DNA of 64,000 bases from an uncultured delta proteobacterium. GTDB lineage: Bacteria; Myxococcota; Kuafuiibacteriia; Kuafuiibacteriales; Kuafuiibacteriaceae. The stretch spans positions 2,944,001 through 3,008,000 of the forward strand of contig CAWDML010000001.1 of the NCBI GenBank assembly GCA_963803435.1, read 5' to 3'. Both the position numbers and the translations under genes were made by a program. Under the pieces are notes generated by a model. The model did no database searches, was not told the DNA's origin, and was given only the letters and a program-made list of their open reading frames with translations. This document shows, piece by piece, positions 36,597 through 46,047 of the stretch (the first letter of the stretch is position 1; each line of letters starts with the position of its first letter).

Positions 36597-37946
36597 ATGG
36601 GCGTGACCGATCCCCGACAGACGATGGTCGAGACGGGGCTGGTGACCTCCGGAGCGGCCCCCTCCCACAAGGTTTACGTGTGCCGCGTGACCGCGGGCCC
36701 CTCGGTCGGCAAACAGGTCTCGATCGGTGGGCGCGCCGTGGTGGTCGGTACCCACGCGGTGTGCGATCTGGTCGTCGAAGACCCAAAGGTGTCGCGCAAG
36801 CACGTACAGCTCCAGGCGGCACCGGAGGGGGTCCGGATCAAGGACCTCGACAGTCGGAACGGGACGTATGCGGACGGCGTCCGGGTCTACGACGCGGTCA
36901 GCCCGCTCACCGGCACCTCCACGCTCTCAGTACGGCTGGGCGACACCACGCTCAGGGTCCGGGCCACCGCCGCGCCGAGCATCGCCCCCAGCCGGCGCCA
37001 GCGGTTCGGCGCGCTGGTCGGTGAGAGCCTCGCGATGCGCGAGATGTTCGCGGTGCTCGAGCTGGCCAGCCCGACCGACGCCACCGTGCTGCTGCAGGGC
37101 GAATCGGGGACCGGAAAGGAGTTGGCGGCCCGCGCGATCCACGATCACTCGTTGCGGGCCGAGGGTCCATTCGTGGTGTTCGACTGCAGCGCCACCCACG
37201 CCCAGCTCGTGGAGTCGCAGCTCTTCGGTCACGTCCGCGGCGCGTTCACCGGCGCGGTCCAGGAGCGGAAGGGCGCGTTCCTCGAGGCCCACGGCGGGAC
37301 GCTCTTCCTCGACGAGATCGGCGAGCTCCCGCTCGAGTCGCAGGCCAAGCTCCTGCGCGCGCTGGAGGCGCGCACGGTCCAACCGCTCGGGAGCGACCGG
37401 CCCGTCTCGGTGGATGTCCGCGTGGTGGCGGCGACGCACCGCGACCTGGCGGCGATGGTCGACCAGACCGCGTACCGCTTCGATCTGTTTCACCGGATCA
37501 GCGTGGTCCACGTGGCCATCCCCCCACTTCGCGAGCGTCCGGAGGATCTCCCGGTCTTGATCCGCAGCTTCTACGAGGGCCGCGGCGTCGAGCCTGGGCC
37601 GATCGAAGGCGTCCCGCTCGAGCGCCTCCACGCCCACAAGTGGCCGGGCAACGTCCGGGAGCTGAAGAACGTCCTCGAGCGCGCCTTCGTCCTTGGTGGA
37701 GATGCGCCCTTCACGCACCTCGACCTCTGGGTGGGCACCGGCGAGCCGTCGTCGACGGCGCCGGTCGACGTGAGCCTGACCTTCAAGGAGGCCAAACAGA
37801 AGGTCGTGGAGGCCTTCGAGCGCCAGTACCTGGCGGCCCTGATGGAGAGGTATCATGACAATCTCTCGGCCGCTGCGGACCACGCCGACATCAATCGGCG
37901 CCACCTCCGCAAGCTGCTCGAGGACCGCGGGCTGAGGAAGGCGTGA
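36597..37946 (+). CDS. FHA-domain sigma-54-dependent transcriptional activator
   Basis: FHA VSRKH...DLDSRNGT; GESGTGKE, GAFTGA, FLDEIGE, WPGNVREL; C-terminal HTH. Confidence 0.95.
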   Translation: MGVTDPRQTMVETGLVTSGAAPSHKVYVCRVTAGPSVGKQVSIGGRAVVVGTHAVCDLVVEDPKVSRKHVQLQAAPEGVRIKDLDSRNGTYADGVRVYDAVSPLTGTSTLSVRLGDTTLRVRATAAPSIAPSRRQRFGALVGESLAMREMFAVLELASPTDATVLLQGESGTGKELAARAIHDHSLRAEGPFVVFDCSATHAQLVESQLFGHVRGAFTGAVQERKGAFLEAHGGTLFLDEIGELPLESQAKLLRALEARTVQPLGSDRPVSVDVRVVAATHRDLAAMVDQTAYRFDLFHRISVVHVAIPPLRERPEDLPVLIRSFYEGRGVEPGPIEGVPLERLHAHKWPGNVRELKNVLERAFVLGGDAPFTHLDLWVGTGEPSSTAPVDVSLTFKEAKQKVVEAFERQYLAALMERYHDNLSAAADHADINRRHLRKLLEDRGLRKA

Positions 37947-39376
37947 GGGAGGAAGCATACCCGGTCATCCCGAACTTCGACGTTCTCACCCGTCTCGGCT
38001 CGGGTGGGATGGGACGCGTCTACCTCGGCAAGCATCGCGGCGCGTACGGCTTCGAGAAGCTCCTCGCGGTCAAGGTGATCCATCCGGAGCGCGATCACCA
38101 CAACGGGGTCCGCGCGATGTTTCTCGACGAGGCCCGCCTGGTCGCCCAGCTCCACCACCCGGCGATCGCGCAGGTCTACGACTTCGGCGAGAGCGAGGGC
38201 GCGCTCTACCTGGTCATGGAGTACGTCCCCGGGGTCAGCCTCTCCGAGATCCTGCTGGAGGGCCTCTCACCACCGCCGCTGATCTGCGCTGCGATCGCGG
38301 CAGGCGTCTGCCGCGGCCTCCATGCCGCGCACGAGACCAAGGACGTGGAAGGCCGCGCCCTGAACGTGGTCCACCGGGACGTCACCCCGAGCAACCTGGT
38401 CCTGACATTCGGCGGGCAGATGAAGATCCTGGACTTCGGGATCGCGCTGATGCGCACGCGCAGCGCGCCGGCCACGAACGTCGGTCAGATCCGAGGCAAG
38501 CCCACGTACTTCTCGCCGGAGCAGATCGACGGCGACCCGATCGATCGCCGCACCGACATCTACTCCTTATCGATCGTGCTTCACGAGATCTTGACCGGGC
38601 AGAAGCTGTTCTCGCTCGACGAGTTCCTCAGCCGTTCGGTGCCGGAGACCGAGCAGAGCTGGAAGGAGATCGCCGGGACGATCACCCCGCCCTCGGCCAC
38701 AGCGGGCGAGCTCCCCAGGGGCCTCGACGAGATCGTGATGAGGGGGCTGGCGGTCGATCCAGAGGATCGCTACCCGGACGCGCGCGCGATGGCTGTCGAT
38801 CTGGAGGCGATCATCGAGCGCCACGGGTGCGAGTCCCTCGAGGCCTTCGTCGAGCGCGAGCTGGCGCCGCATCGAGCGGTGCACGAGGGCCGGATGCGCA
38901 GCGTCCTCGGCGGCACCGGACCGAACGTGGGCGCGCTCGACCAGCACCCCGGCACGCTCGACGACATCGGGCCGGCGCCCGAGCCCGAGGTGGCGACCGA
39001 GGTCGGCCGCCTGCATGCGGAGCCCGACACTCAGCTCGATCGGCGACCCCAGCGCCGCCACCGGTCCGGGCGAACGCTCTGGCTGGCCGCGGCGGCGATC
39101 GCGATCGCGATCGTGATCCTCCTGGCGCGCGGCTCGGAGCCGGAGGCGGAGCGGCTCCCGCGAGAACCGCCGCCGGCCCTGCCGCGGCGCGCCCACACCC
39201 AGGTGAAGCCGCCGCCGATCGTTCTCCCGAAAGAGACACTCGATCAACCGGCGCGGACCCTCGATCCACCACCGCAGCCGCGGCGCAAGCGAGTGAAGCG
39301 GAATGCGTCGTCCAGGAGGGCGGCCAAGAAAGCTACCAAGCGCCCGCCCGCCGACGGTATCATCACCGAGTGGTAA
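37943..39376 (+). CDS. Membrane Ser/Thr protein kinase
   Basis: LGSGGMG, AVK, HRDVTPSN, DFG, GKPTYFSPE; TM helix near the C-terminus; GTGA overlap. Confidence 0.93.
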   Translation: MREEAYPVIPNFDVLTRLGSGGMGRVYLGKHRGAYGFEKLLAVKVIHPERDHHNGVRAMFLDEARLVAQLHHPAIAQVYDFGESEGALYLVMEYVPGVSLSEILLEGLSPPPLICAAIAAGVCRGLHAAHETKDVEGRALNVVHRDVTPSNLVLTFGGQMKILDFGIALMRTRSAPATNVGQIRGKPTYFSPEQIDGDPIDRRTDIYSLSIVLHEILTGQKLFSLDEFLSRSVPETEQSWKEIAGTITPPSATAGELPRGLDEIVMRGLAVDPEDRYPDARAMAVDLEAIIERHGCESLEAFVERELAPHRAVHEGRMRSVLGGTGPNVGALDQHPGTLDDIGPAPEPEVATEVGRLHAEPDTQLDRRPQRRHRSGRTLWLAAAAIAIAIVILLARGSEPEAERLPREPPPALPRRAHTQVKPPPIVLPKETLDQPARTLDPPPQPRRKRVKRNASSRRAAKKATKRPPADGIITEW

Positions 39377-40218
39377 GCGCTGCAAGGCAGCTTGCGCTTT
39401 GCGCCATCGCCTCGGTCGCGCTCCTGCCCCGGGTCGCCCGCGCCGAGTCCGACGCGTCCAAGGCCCGGATCCTCTTCGAGGAGGGCGTGTCGCTCGCCAA
39501 GGATGAGAAGTGGTCGGACGCGCTCGAGAAGTTCGAGTCGTCCCGAGCCCTGGTGGAGCGCCCCAGCACGGTTTTCAACATCGGCACCACGCTGATGCGG
39601 CTCCAGCGGCCGAAGTCGGCGATCGACGCGTTCGAGCAATTCCTTGCGCTCTCCGATCGGCCGGATCAGACCCGCGCGGCGCAGGATCTGATCGAGCAGG
39701 CGCGATCCAGCCTCGCGATGATCGAGCTGACCATCGAGCCCAAGACCGCGCGCCTGGTCGTCGACGGCGAGGCATTCCCGGCGGACGGGCCCATCCGCCG
39801 GCTGTCGCTGGATCCCGGCAAGCGGACGTTCGAGGTCAGCGCCGACGGCTTCGGTCCGGTCCGCGAGACGCTCGCACTGGATCCCGGCGCCCGCCTGGCC
39901 CACACCATCGCGCTGGTGCCGGTGTCGCCGCCGCCGCCGGTCGTGGCGATCGCGCCGCCGATCGCGCCGCCGGCCCCACCGATCGCGATCACGCCTTCGG
40001 TCGAGACCCAGCCCGTGGAGGAGACCAGCATCGTGGCCAGCCCGTGGTTCTGGGTGGTGGCCGGGGTGGTCGTGGTGGGGGCTGCGGTGGGGATCGGGCT
40101 CGGTGTCTCCCAGCGGAAGGTGGGGGACCCCACCGGCGGGAATACGGGGGAGGTGATCACCCATGAGAATGTTTCATCTCGAACGCGGATTGGTGCGACC
40201 CATGATCGGAAGTCGACT
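39370..40218 (+). CDS. Exported TPR + PEGA protein with C-terminal TM (SPWFW); no in-frame stop, reads into the next lipoprotein
   Basis: ARILFEEG, STVFNIG, ARLVVDG, SIVASPWFWVVAG; nearest TGA (40164-40166) is out of frame. Confidence 0.75.
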
Positions 40219-41991
40219 GTGCGATTAGCCCTGTTGCTGCTCCTGGTCGGATGCACCGAGCCGGTCACCCAGCTCGTCGTCGGCATCGACACGGACTACG
40301 CCGTCCCGGCCGAGCTGGCACGGCTCGAGGTCTACACCCTGAAGGCCGTCGACGGCGACGCCGTCGAGTCGATGCACAAGACCTTCGAGCTCACGCCGGA
40401 GCGGCTGCCGCTCACGCTGGGCGTCGTCCCCAAGCCGGGGGAGGAGGGGTTCGAGGTCACCGTCATCGTCGAAGGCTACGGCAAGGCGGGCGACTCGAAG
40501 CCGCGCGTGGTGTCGCTGGCCAAGACCGGGTTCGTCGAGAAGAAGACCCTCTATCTCCCGATCTTCCTGGGCCAGAGCTGCGACCGAGTCGAGTGCGGCA
40601 CCGGCGAGACCTGCTCCGGCGGGAGCTGCACCGACGACGGTCGGCCGCCGAACGATCTCGAGTCCTACGATCCCGACGACATCGACGTGCCGCGTCCCCC
40701 GAGGGACGGCGGTGTGGACGGCGGTGTGGATGCCGGCATGGACGACGACGCCGGCGCCGACGGCGGCGTGGACGCCGGACCTCCGGAGCGCTGCCCGATC
40801 CCGATCGAGGCGCCGGCCGAGATCGGCTCGGTCCCCATCGACTTCGATCCGAACCTCGAGATGCTCGCGGCCGATCTCGACGGCGACGGCATCACCGAGC
40901 TCGTGGCGGCCAGGAGTGCGGCCGGCGGCAGCCCGATGGCGATCATCGACTTCGATCACTGCGATCAGCCGGTCGTGACCGCGACGGTCGCCTACGGAGA
41001 GCTGCGCCAGGGTCTCCTCTTCTCCGACCGCTTGCTGGCCGCCGAGCGCCGCAAGATCTCGCAGTGGACGTACCAAGGCCCCGGCATGATCGACGAGACA
41101 GAGAGCCGCGTCGCCTCCGCCGCCGATCTCGAGCACCTCGCGCTCGGGGGCGGCAGCGACAAGGGCTTCGCGGTGGCGGACCTCGGCTCCGGATGGCGCT
41201 ACCTGGCCTTCGATCCCACGACCGGCTTCGGCCAGAACACAGCCGCCGTCGAGCGACCGCAGGGCTCATCGGCGCACTTCGCCAACGGGACCTACGTACA
41301 CGGCGACGATCTCGGGCTCCGATTGATCACGCCGGGCTCACCCCTGGAGGACGCCGCGCTGGCGCCCACAGTGCGAGATCCGATCGTCTTCCGACCGGAG
41401 GACTCGACCCTGTTCGCCGCACGCTCGAACGCCCACGAGGTCCTCATCGCCGTCTGGAAGAGCGGAGCCATCGTCGACAGCCTGTCGGTCGACTTCGGCG
41501 GCACCATCGTCGCCGGCCCGATCGCAGCGACGAGCGGTGAGAACGGCCGGATCTTCGTGTTGCTCGCCGACGGGACGCTGACCGGATGCCAGACCCACGA
41601 GGACAACGGCGCGTGCACCCTCTTCACACGAACGAAGCAGTACCCGCTGGCCGACATCGACGATCGGCGTGCGCTCTTGACGGCGTGGGTCGACGACGAC
41701 AGCTGGCCCGACGTCGTCTTCGTCTCCAAGCGCGGGCGGGTCTACTTCGCCAGCGGCGGCGCCGTCGACACCGACGCAGCCCCGATGGTGGACCTGGGGA
41801 AGGACGCTCGGGACGCGTCCGCCATCGCACCCGACTTCTTCTCCGCGTACGGGCGCGAGGGCACCCTCCTGGTGGTGCAGCACGACCACGCGATCTCGCT
41901 GGTCGGCTGGCGCGGCCCCGCCGTCGCGCCGGCGGCTCGCCTGTGGCCCCAGTCTCGACGCGACGCCCTTCGCTCCGCGCAGCTTCCATGA
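40219..41991 (+). CDS. Lipoprotein with 'TQLVV' N-domain and FG-GAP/VCBS-like beta-propeller C-terminus
   Basis: GTG start, LLLLVGC lipobox, TQLVVGIDTD, DGG repeats, ADLDGDGITELV, VDDDSWPDVV, WPQSRRD. Confidence 0.8.
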   Translation: MRLALLLLLVGCTEPVTQLVVGIDTDYAVPAELARLEVYTLKAVDGDAVESMHKTFELTPERLPLTLGVVPKPGEEGFEVTVIVEGYGKAGDSKPRVVSLAKTGFVEKKTLYLPIFLGQSCDRVECGTGETCSGGSCTDDGRPPNDLESYDPDDIDVPRPPRDGGVDGGVDAGMDDDAGADGGVDAGPPERCPIPIEAPAEIGSVPIDFDPNLEMLAADLDGDGITELVAARSAAGGSPMAIIDFDHCDQPVVTATVAYGELRQGLLFSDRLLAAERRKISQWTYQGPGMIDETESRVASAADLEHLALGGGSDKGFAVADLGSGWRYLAFDPTTGFGQNTAAVERPQGSSAHFANGTYVHGDDLGLRLITPGSPLEDAALAPTVRDPIVFRPEDSTLFAARSNAHEVLIAVWKSGAIVDSLSVDFGGTIVAGPIAATSGENGRIFVLLADGTLTGCQTHEDNGACTLFTRTKQYPLADIDDRRALLTAWVDDDSWPDVVFVSKRGRVYFASGGAVDTDAAPMVDLGKDARDASAIAPDFFSAYGREGTLLVVQHDHAISLVGWRGPAVAPAARLWPQSRRDALRSAQLP

Positions 41992-41993
41992 CT

Positions 41994-42094
41994 TGGCCGT
42001 TATCGGCGACGTGAAGTCGCCTGCGGCCCTTCGCATCGCGCTCCGCGCGCGGCTGCGCGTCGCTTCGCTCCTTGCGGCCGTTATCGGCGACGTG
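41994..42094. repeat. REP-like palindromic repeat (one full and one partial copy)
   Basis: tggccgttatcggcgacgtgaagtcgcct at 41994-42022 and ggccgttatcggcgacgtg at 42076-42094. Confidence 0.8.
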
Positions 42095-42216
42095 GGCTGG
42101 ATCTCCAGATCCGCAGATTGAGGGTGAGCCCGTGCGCGGCGGCGGATCTCGAGGTACCGGTCCCGAGCGATCGCCGTCGTGTGAAGAGAGGCACGTCCGG
42201 TGCACCGGGGGGCGGC

Positions 42217-42783
42217 ATGTATCGTCTCCAAGCGACTGGCGCGACCACCGAGCTCTTCGGGGAGCCCGGATCCGGCGAGTCGTTCGAGCGGATCCTGACG
42301 GCGCAGCGGCCCCGGATCGAGTGGATGTTGAGGAAGCACCTGGGCGCGCGCCAGGACCTCGACGATCTGGTTCAGACGGTGTTCCTGGAGCTCCTCAAGG
42401 CCCTCCCCCGATTCCGCGGTGAGAGCTCGCTGTCGACGTTCATCGGCGGGATCGCGTTGATGGTCGTACGCCGCGCCCGACGCGGGACCGCGTGGGACAG
42501 CCGCCGCGCCGCGCTCGAGGTCGAGACCGAGAGCCACGGCCCCAGCCCGGAGCGCGTCGCGATCGCTCGAGAACAAGTGCGGCGTCTCGAGCATGCGCTG
42601 GACCGCATCTCCAGCCGAAAGCGGGACGCCTTCCTGATGTGGTCCGTCGACGGCGCCTCACCGCAGGAGATCGCGGAGCGCACCGCGACCTCTCTCTCCG
42701 CGACGCGCTCCCGAATCTTCTACGCGAAGAAGGAGCTGGGCGTGCGGGCGCGGAAGGACGCCTACCTTCAGGAGCTGGTCTGA
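42217..42783 (+). CDS. ECF RNA polymerase sigma factor
   Basis: DDLVQTVFL...PRFRGESSLSTF; SPQEIAE...TRSRIFYAKKEL. Confidence 0.9.
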   Translation: MYRLQATGATTELFGEPGSGESFERILTAQRPRIEWMLRKHLGARQDLDDLVQTVFLELLKALPRFRGESSLSTFIGGIALMVVRRARRGTAWDSRRAALEVETESHGPSPERVAIAREQVRRLEHALDRISSRKRDAFLMWSVDGASPQEIAERTATSLSATRSRIFYAKKELGVRARKDAYLQELV

Positions 42784-43146
42784 TCCCCGTCCGTCGGCCG
42801 AACGGCTGAGCGCCGCTGTCGCACAGGCCCCAAGCGACTGTGCGGTGCGATGAACCTCCGCACGTACACACGCCCCGCGATCACCTCGAAAACGCACCGG
42901 CGGTCGGCTCGGCGGAGGTCCTGCGTACAGAAGGGAAACGCAAGTTGACTTGTCATCGATGCTGAACGCGGATCCACGGGCGCAACCTTTCGCCGGCCGC
43001 TACGCTTTGCAACACAACCTGCGCGCGTATCGGTGCGTTACGTCCGTGTGCAGCTTACTCCCAGCGCGTAAGTCCTCTCGTATTGCGGACTGATACAACT
43101 GAACCATCGCCATCCTCGAAGAATGAACGCGACACCAGGAGGACTG

Positions 43147-44991
43147 ATGGACCGCACTGCACGACGAGCTCTCACCTTCACGCTGGCGATGGCGCTGGGA
43201 GGATGTGTTCCGCAGCCGGATGAAGTCCGTGCCCCGACCAGCGACACCAAGGACTCGATCGTGGGCGGTTCGAATACCACCATCCAGACGCACCCCTGGC
43301 AGATCTCCCTGCAGACGAACTCCGGCTTCCACTTCTGCGGCGGCTCGATCCTGAACGACTCCTGGATTCTCACCGCTGCGCACTGCGTCAGCGGCAGCTC
43401 CCCCAGCAGCATGCGTGTGGTCGCTGGAATCACGCGGCAGAGCCAGACGAGCTCGGGACAGATCCGCTCGATCAGTCAGATCCTCGTGTACCCGGGCTTC
43501 AACTCGCCCGAGAACGGACATGACGCGGCGCTCCTCCACCTGTCGTCCCCGCTCGATCTGACCACCACCGCAGCGCGCCCGATCCAGATCGCGACCCCGG
43601 CGGATCGCACCGCCGGCCTGACCGATCCGGGCGTCAACGCGATCGTCACCGGCTGGGGCACGCTCTCGGAGAACGGCTCGACGCCCGACACCCTGCAGGC
43701 GGTGACCGTGCCGATTGTCTCCCAGGCCGACGCGCAGGCCGCCTATGGCCCGCTCACCGACGACCAGATCGGCGCCGGCGTTCTCGGCGTCGGCGGTCGG
43801 GACTCGTGTCAGGGCGACAGCGGCGGACCGCTGACCGTCCCCGGCAACGGCGGCAACCGCCTGCTCGCGGGGATCGTCAGCTGGGGCAACGGCTGCGCCC
43901 GCTCGCAGTTTCCCGGCATGTACAGCCGCGTCTCCTCGTTCGCGACCTGGATCCAGAGCAACACCACCACCAACGCGCCGCCGACCGTCTCGATCACCGC
44001 GCCGTCGAACGGTGCCACCGTGAGCGGGAACGTCACGGTGAACGCGAGCGCCTCCGACTCGGACGGCACGGTGACCCGCGTTCGCTTCACCTTCCCCGAC
44101 GGCACCTCGGTCGACGACACCAGCGCCCCGTACTCGGCCTCGTGGAACAGCGCGACCGTCGGCGACGGCCAGGTCACGATCAGCGCGCAGGCGTTCGACA
44201 ACCTCGGCAGCGGCAGCGCCGTGGCGAGCGTTCACGTCACCGCACAGAACGGCAACGCGTGCACGAGCGGCACGTTCTCCGGCACCGGCCTCCCGATCTC
44301 GATCCCCGACAACAACTCCACGGGCATCGCCGCGGACATCACGATCTCGGGGCCGGGCAACGTCGCCACGCTCAACCTCTCCCTCTCGATCACGCACACG
44401 TACCGGGGCGACCTGCGGGTCGTGCTGTTCGCACCGAACGGCTCGTCGTTCGTGGTCTCCAACCGGGCCGGCGGCAGCGCCGACAACCTGGTGGTCTCGA
44501 ACCAGTCCGTGACGGCGTTCAACGGGTCTCCGATCGACGGCGTCTGGACCCTCGCGGTCCAGGACCTCGCGAGCATCGACGTGGGCACGCTCGACTCCTG
44601 GTCGCTCTCGGTGACCGGTGACTGCGGCGGCGGCGGCGGCGGCGGCAACTGGTCGGGGTCACGCACGCCGAACCTCGCGACGCGCGACAACGGCACCGTC
44701 TGCGACTCGGTCACCGTGGCCCAGTCCGGCGACGCCAGCGCGGTCCATCTCGACATCGCCGGCCGCCACGACTGGCGCTCGATCCTCCGCGGCACACTGG
44801 CCCACAACGGCGTGACGGCGACCGCATTCCCGACGGGAACGTTCGCCCGCGGCGCGGGTAACTTCAGCTTCACGAACCGGGCGGTGTCTGGATTCTCCGG
44901 CGACGCCGCCGGCGTCTGGACCTTCTGCATCGTCGATACGGACGCGTTCGGGGACACTGGCACGCTCTCCAGCTGGAGCGTCCACAACTGA
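43147..44991 (+). CDS. Trypsin-like (S1) serine protease lipoprotein with Ig-like and two P-proprotein-like domains
   Basis: SD GGAGGA; LGGC lipobox; IVGG, TAAHC, DAALL, DSCQGDSGGP; NAPPTVSITAP; ITHTYRGDL; DTGTLSSWS. Confidence 0.93.
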   Translation: MDRTARRALTFTLAMALGGCVPQPDEVRAPTSDTKDSIVGGSNTTIQTHPWQISLQTNSGFHFCGGSILNDSWILTAAHCVSGSSPSSMRVVAGITRQSQTSSGQIRSISQILVYPGFNSPENGHDAALLHLSSPLDLTTTAARPIQIATPADRTAGLTDPGVNAIVTGWGTLSENGSTPDTLQAVTVPIVSQADAQAAYGPLTDDQIGAGVLGVGGRDSCQGDSGGPLTVPGNGGNRLLAGIVSWGNGCARSQFPGMYSRVSSFATWIQSNTTTNAPPTVSITAPSNGATVSGNVTVNASASDSDGTVTRVRFTFPDGTSVDDTSAPYSASWNSATVGDGQVTISAQAFDNLGSGSAVASVHVTAQNGNACTSGTFSGTGLPISIPDNNSTGIAADITISGPGNVATLNLSLSITHTYRGDLRVVLFAPNGSSFVVSNRAGGSADNLVVSNQSVTAFNGSPIDGVWTLAVQDLASIDVGTLDSWSLSVTGDCGGGGGGGNWSGSRTPNLATRDNGTVCDSVTVAQSGDASAVHLDIAGRHDWRSILRGTLAHNGVTATAFPTGTFARGAGNFSFTNRAVSGFSGDAAGVWTFCIVDTDAFGDTGTLSSWSVHN

Positions 44992-45069
44992 CGGGTCTCG
45001 ACTCCCCACCCCCTTCGGACTCGCCTCTCCAGTGACGCTCCCGCCCGCGCTTGCTAGGCTCGACGCGAG

Positions 45070-46047
45070 ATGAAGCGCATCCTGATCTCCGCTCTCGTTC
45101 CTCTCGTCTTCGCGTGCGGGGGTGGTGTCGAGAACACGCCGCCCCCACCCGTCCAGGAGATGATGCCGCCCGAGATGATGCCGGATCCGATGCCGTCCAA
45201 CGACTGCAGCTCGCAGGACGCGTCCCAGACGATCCAGGCCACCGGCGAGGTGAAGGGGTTCTGGGCCGGCACCGTTCAGCTGACGGGCGAGACCACGGTC
45301 GTGGCGGGGGACACGCTCGAGATCTGTCCCGGCACCGTGATCGTGCCCAGCGCCGACGCGAAACTGATCGTTCAGGGCGAGCTCCTCATCTCGGGCACGA
45401 AGGAAGGCATGGTCTCGTTCGGCGAGTCGCCGTGGACCGGCATCCAGATCGAGGGAAAGATCAGCGGCGGCTACTTCACGATGGGTGCCGCCAACGTGTG
45501 CATCGACGGCAAGGTTGGCTCCGACATCGACCTGGTCGCAGGCATGCTTCTCGGTTGCCGGCAGGGCTTCAGCGTCGCCAACGGCGCTCACTTCGATCGC
45601 ATGACCATCCTCGGCGGCTCCAGCGTGTACATCCGGGGCGGCACGCTGACGATGGTCGACTCGGTGGTCGACCTCCGCCACCCGGGCGCCTCGCCCGACT
45701 GCGTGGTGTGGGCCGGCGGCGGCGCCAACCTCGATCACGTGCGCTTCACCGGCTGCCACTGCCCGATCCACATGGGCCGCGCCGAGCTGGGCATCACGTT
45801 GACGAACTCGATCCTCGACAACGGCGCGGTCCCGATCATGATCGCGAACGCCAGCGGCACGGTCACCGGCAACAACATCGTCGGCGGCAGCCCGCAGCTG
45901 CTCGACATCGGCGGCGGCATCGCGGTGGACTTCGGCGGCAACTACTGGGGCGGCGGCCCCTCGAGGGCCAGCTCGGGCAACCTGGGACAGTTCGCCAACC
46001 TGAGCGACTACGCCGCGACGCCCTTCGACGGCGCGGGCCCGCGCTGA
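45070..46047 (+). CDS. Lipoprotein with right-handed beta-helix-like repeats
   Basis: LVFAC lipobox, LEICPGTVI, LIVQGEL, WTGI, GNYWG. Confidence 0.78.
   Translation: MKRILISALVPLVFACGGGVENTPPPPVQEMMPPEMMPDPMPSNDCSSQDASQTIQATGEVKGFWAGTVQLTGETTVVAGDTLEICPGTVIVPSADAKLIVQGELLISGTKEGMVSFGESPWTGIQIEGKISGGYFTMGAANVCIDGKVGSDIDLVAGMLLGCRQGFSVANGAHFDRMTILGGSSVYIRGGTLTMVDSVVDLRHPGASPDCVVWAGGGANLDHVRFTGCHCPIHMGRAELGITLTNSILDNGAVPIMIANASGTVTGNNIVGGSPQLLDIGGGIAVDFGGNYWGGGPSRASSGNLGQFANLSDYAATPFDGAGPR

Noticed and set aside
41994-42094. Repeat-spacer-repeat resembling a mini CRISPR array
   Set aside because: Only one full and one partial repeat, no cas genes, and an isolated copy 18 kb away; fits a REP-like element better
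42784-43146. Lower-GC 360-bp intergenic region as a possible ncRNA or riboswitch
   Set aside because: No recognisable conserved RNA motif or strong structure; most simply the protease promoter region
45051-46043. 5' half of the 825-aa ORF 45051-47528
   Set aside because: Off-frame overlap with the real 45070-46047 lipoprotein; protein-like sequence begins only at about 46044
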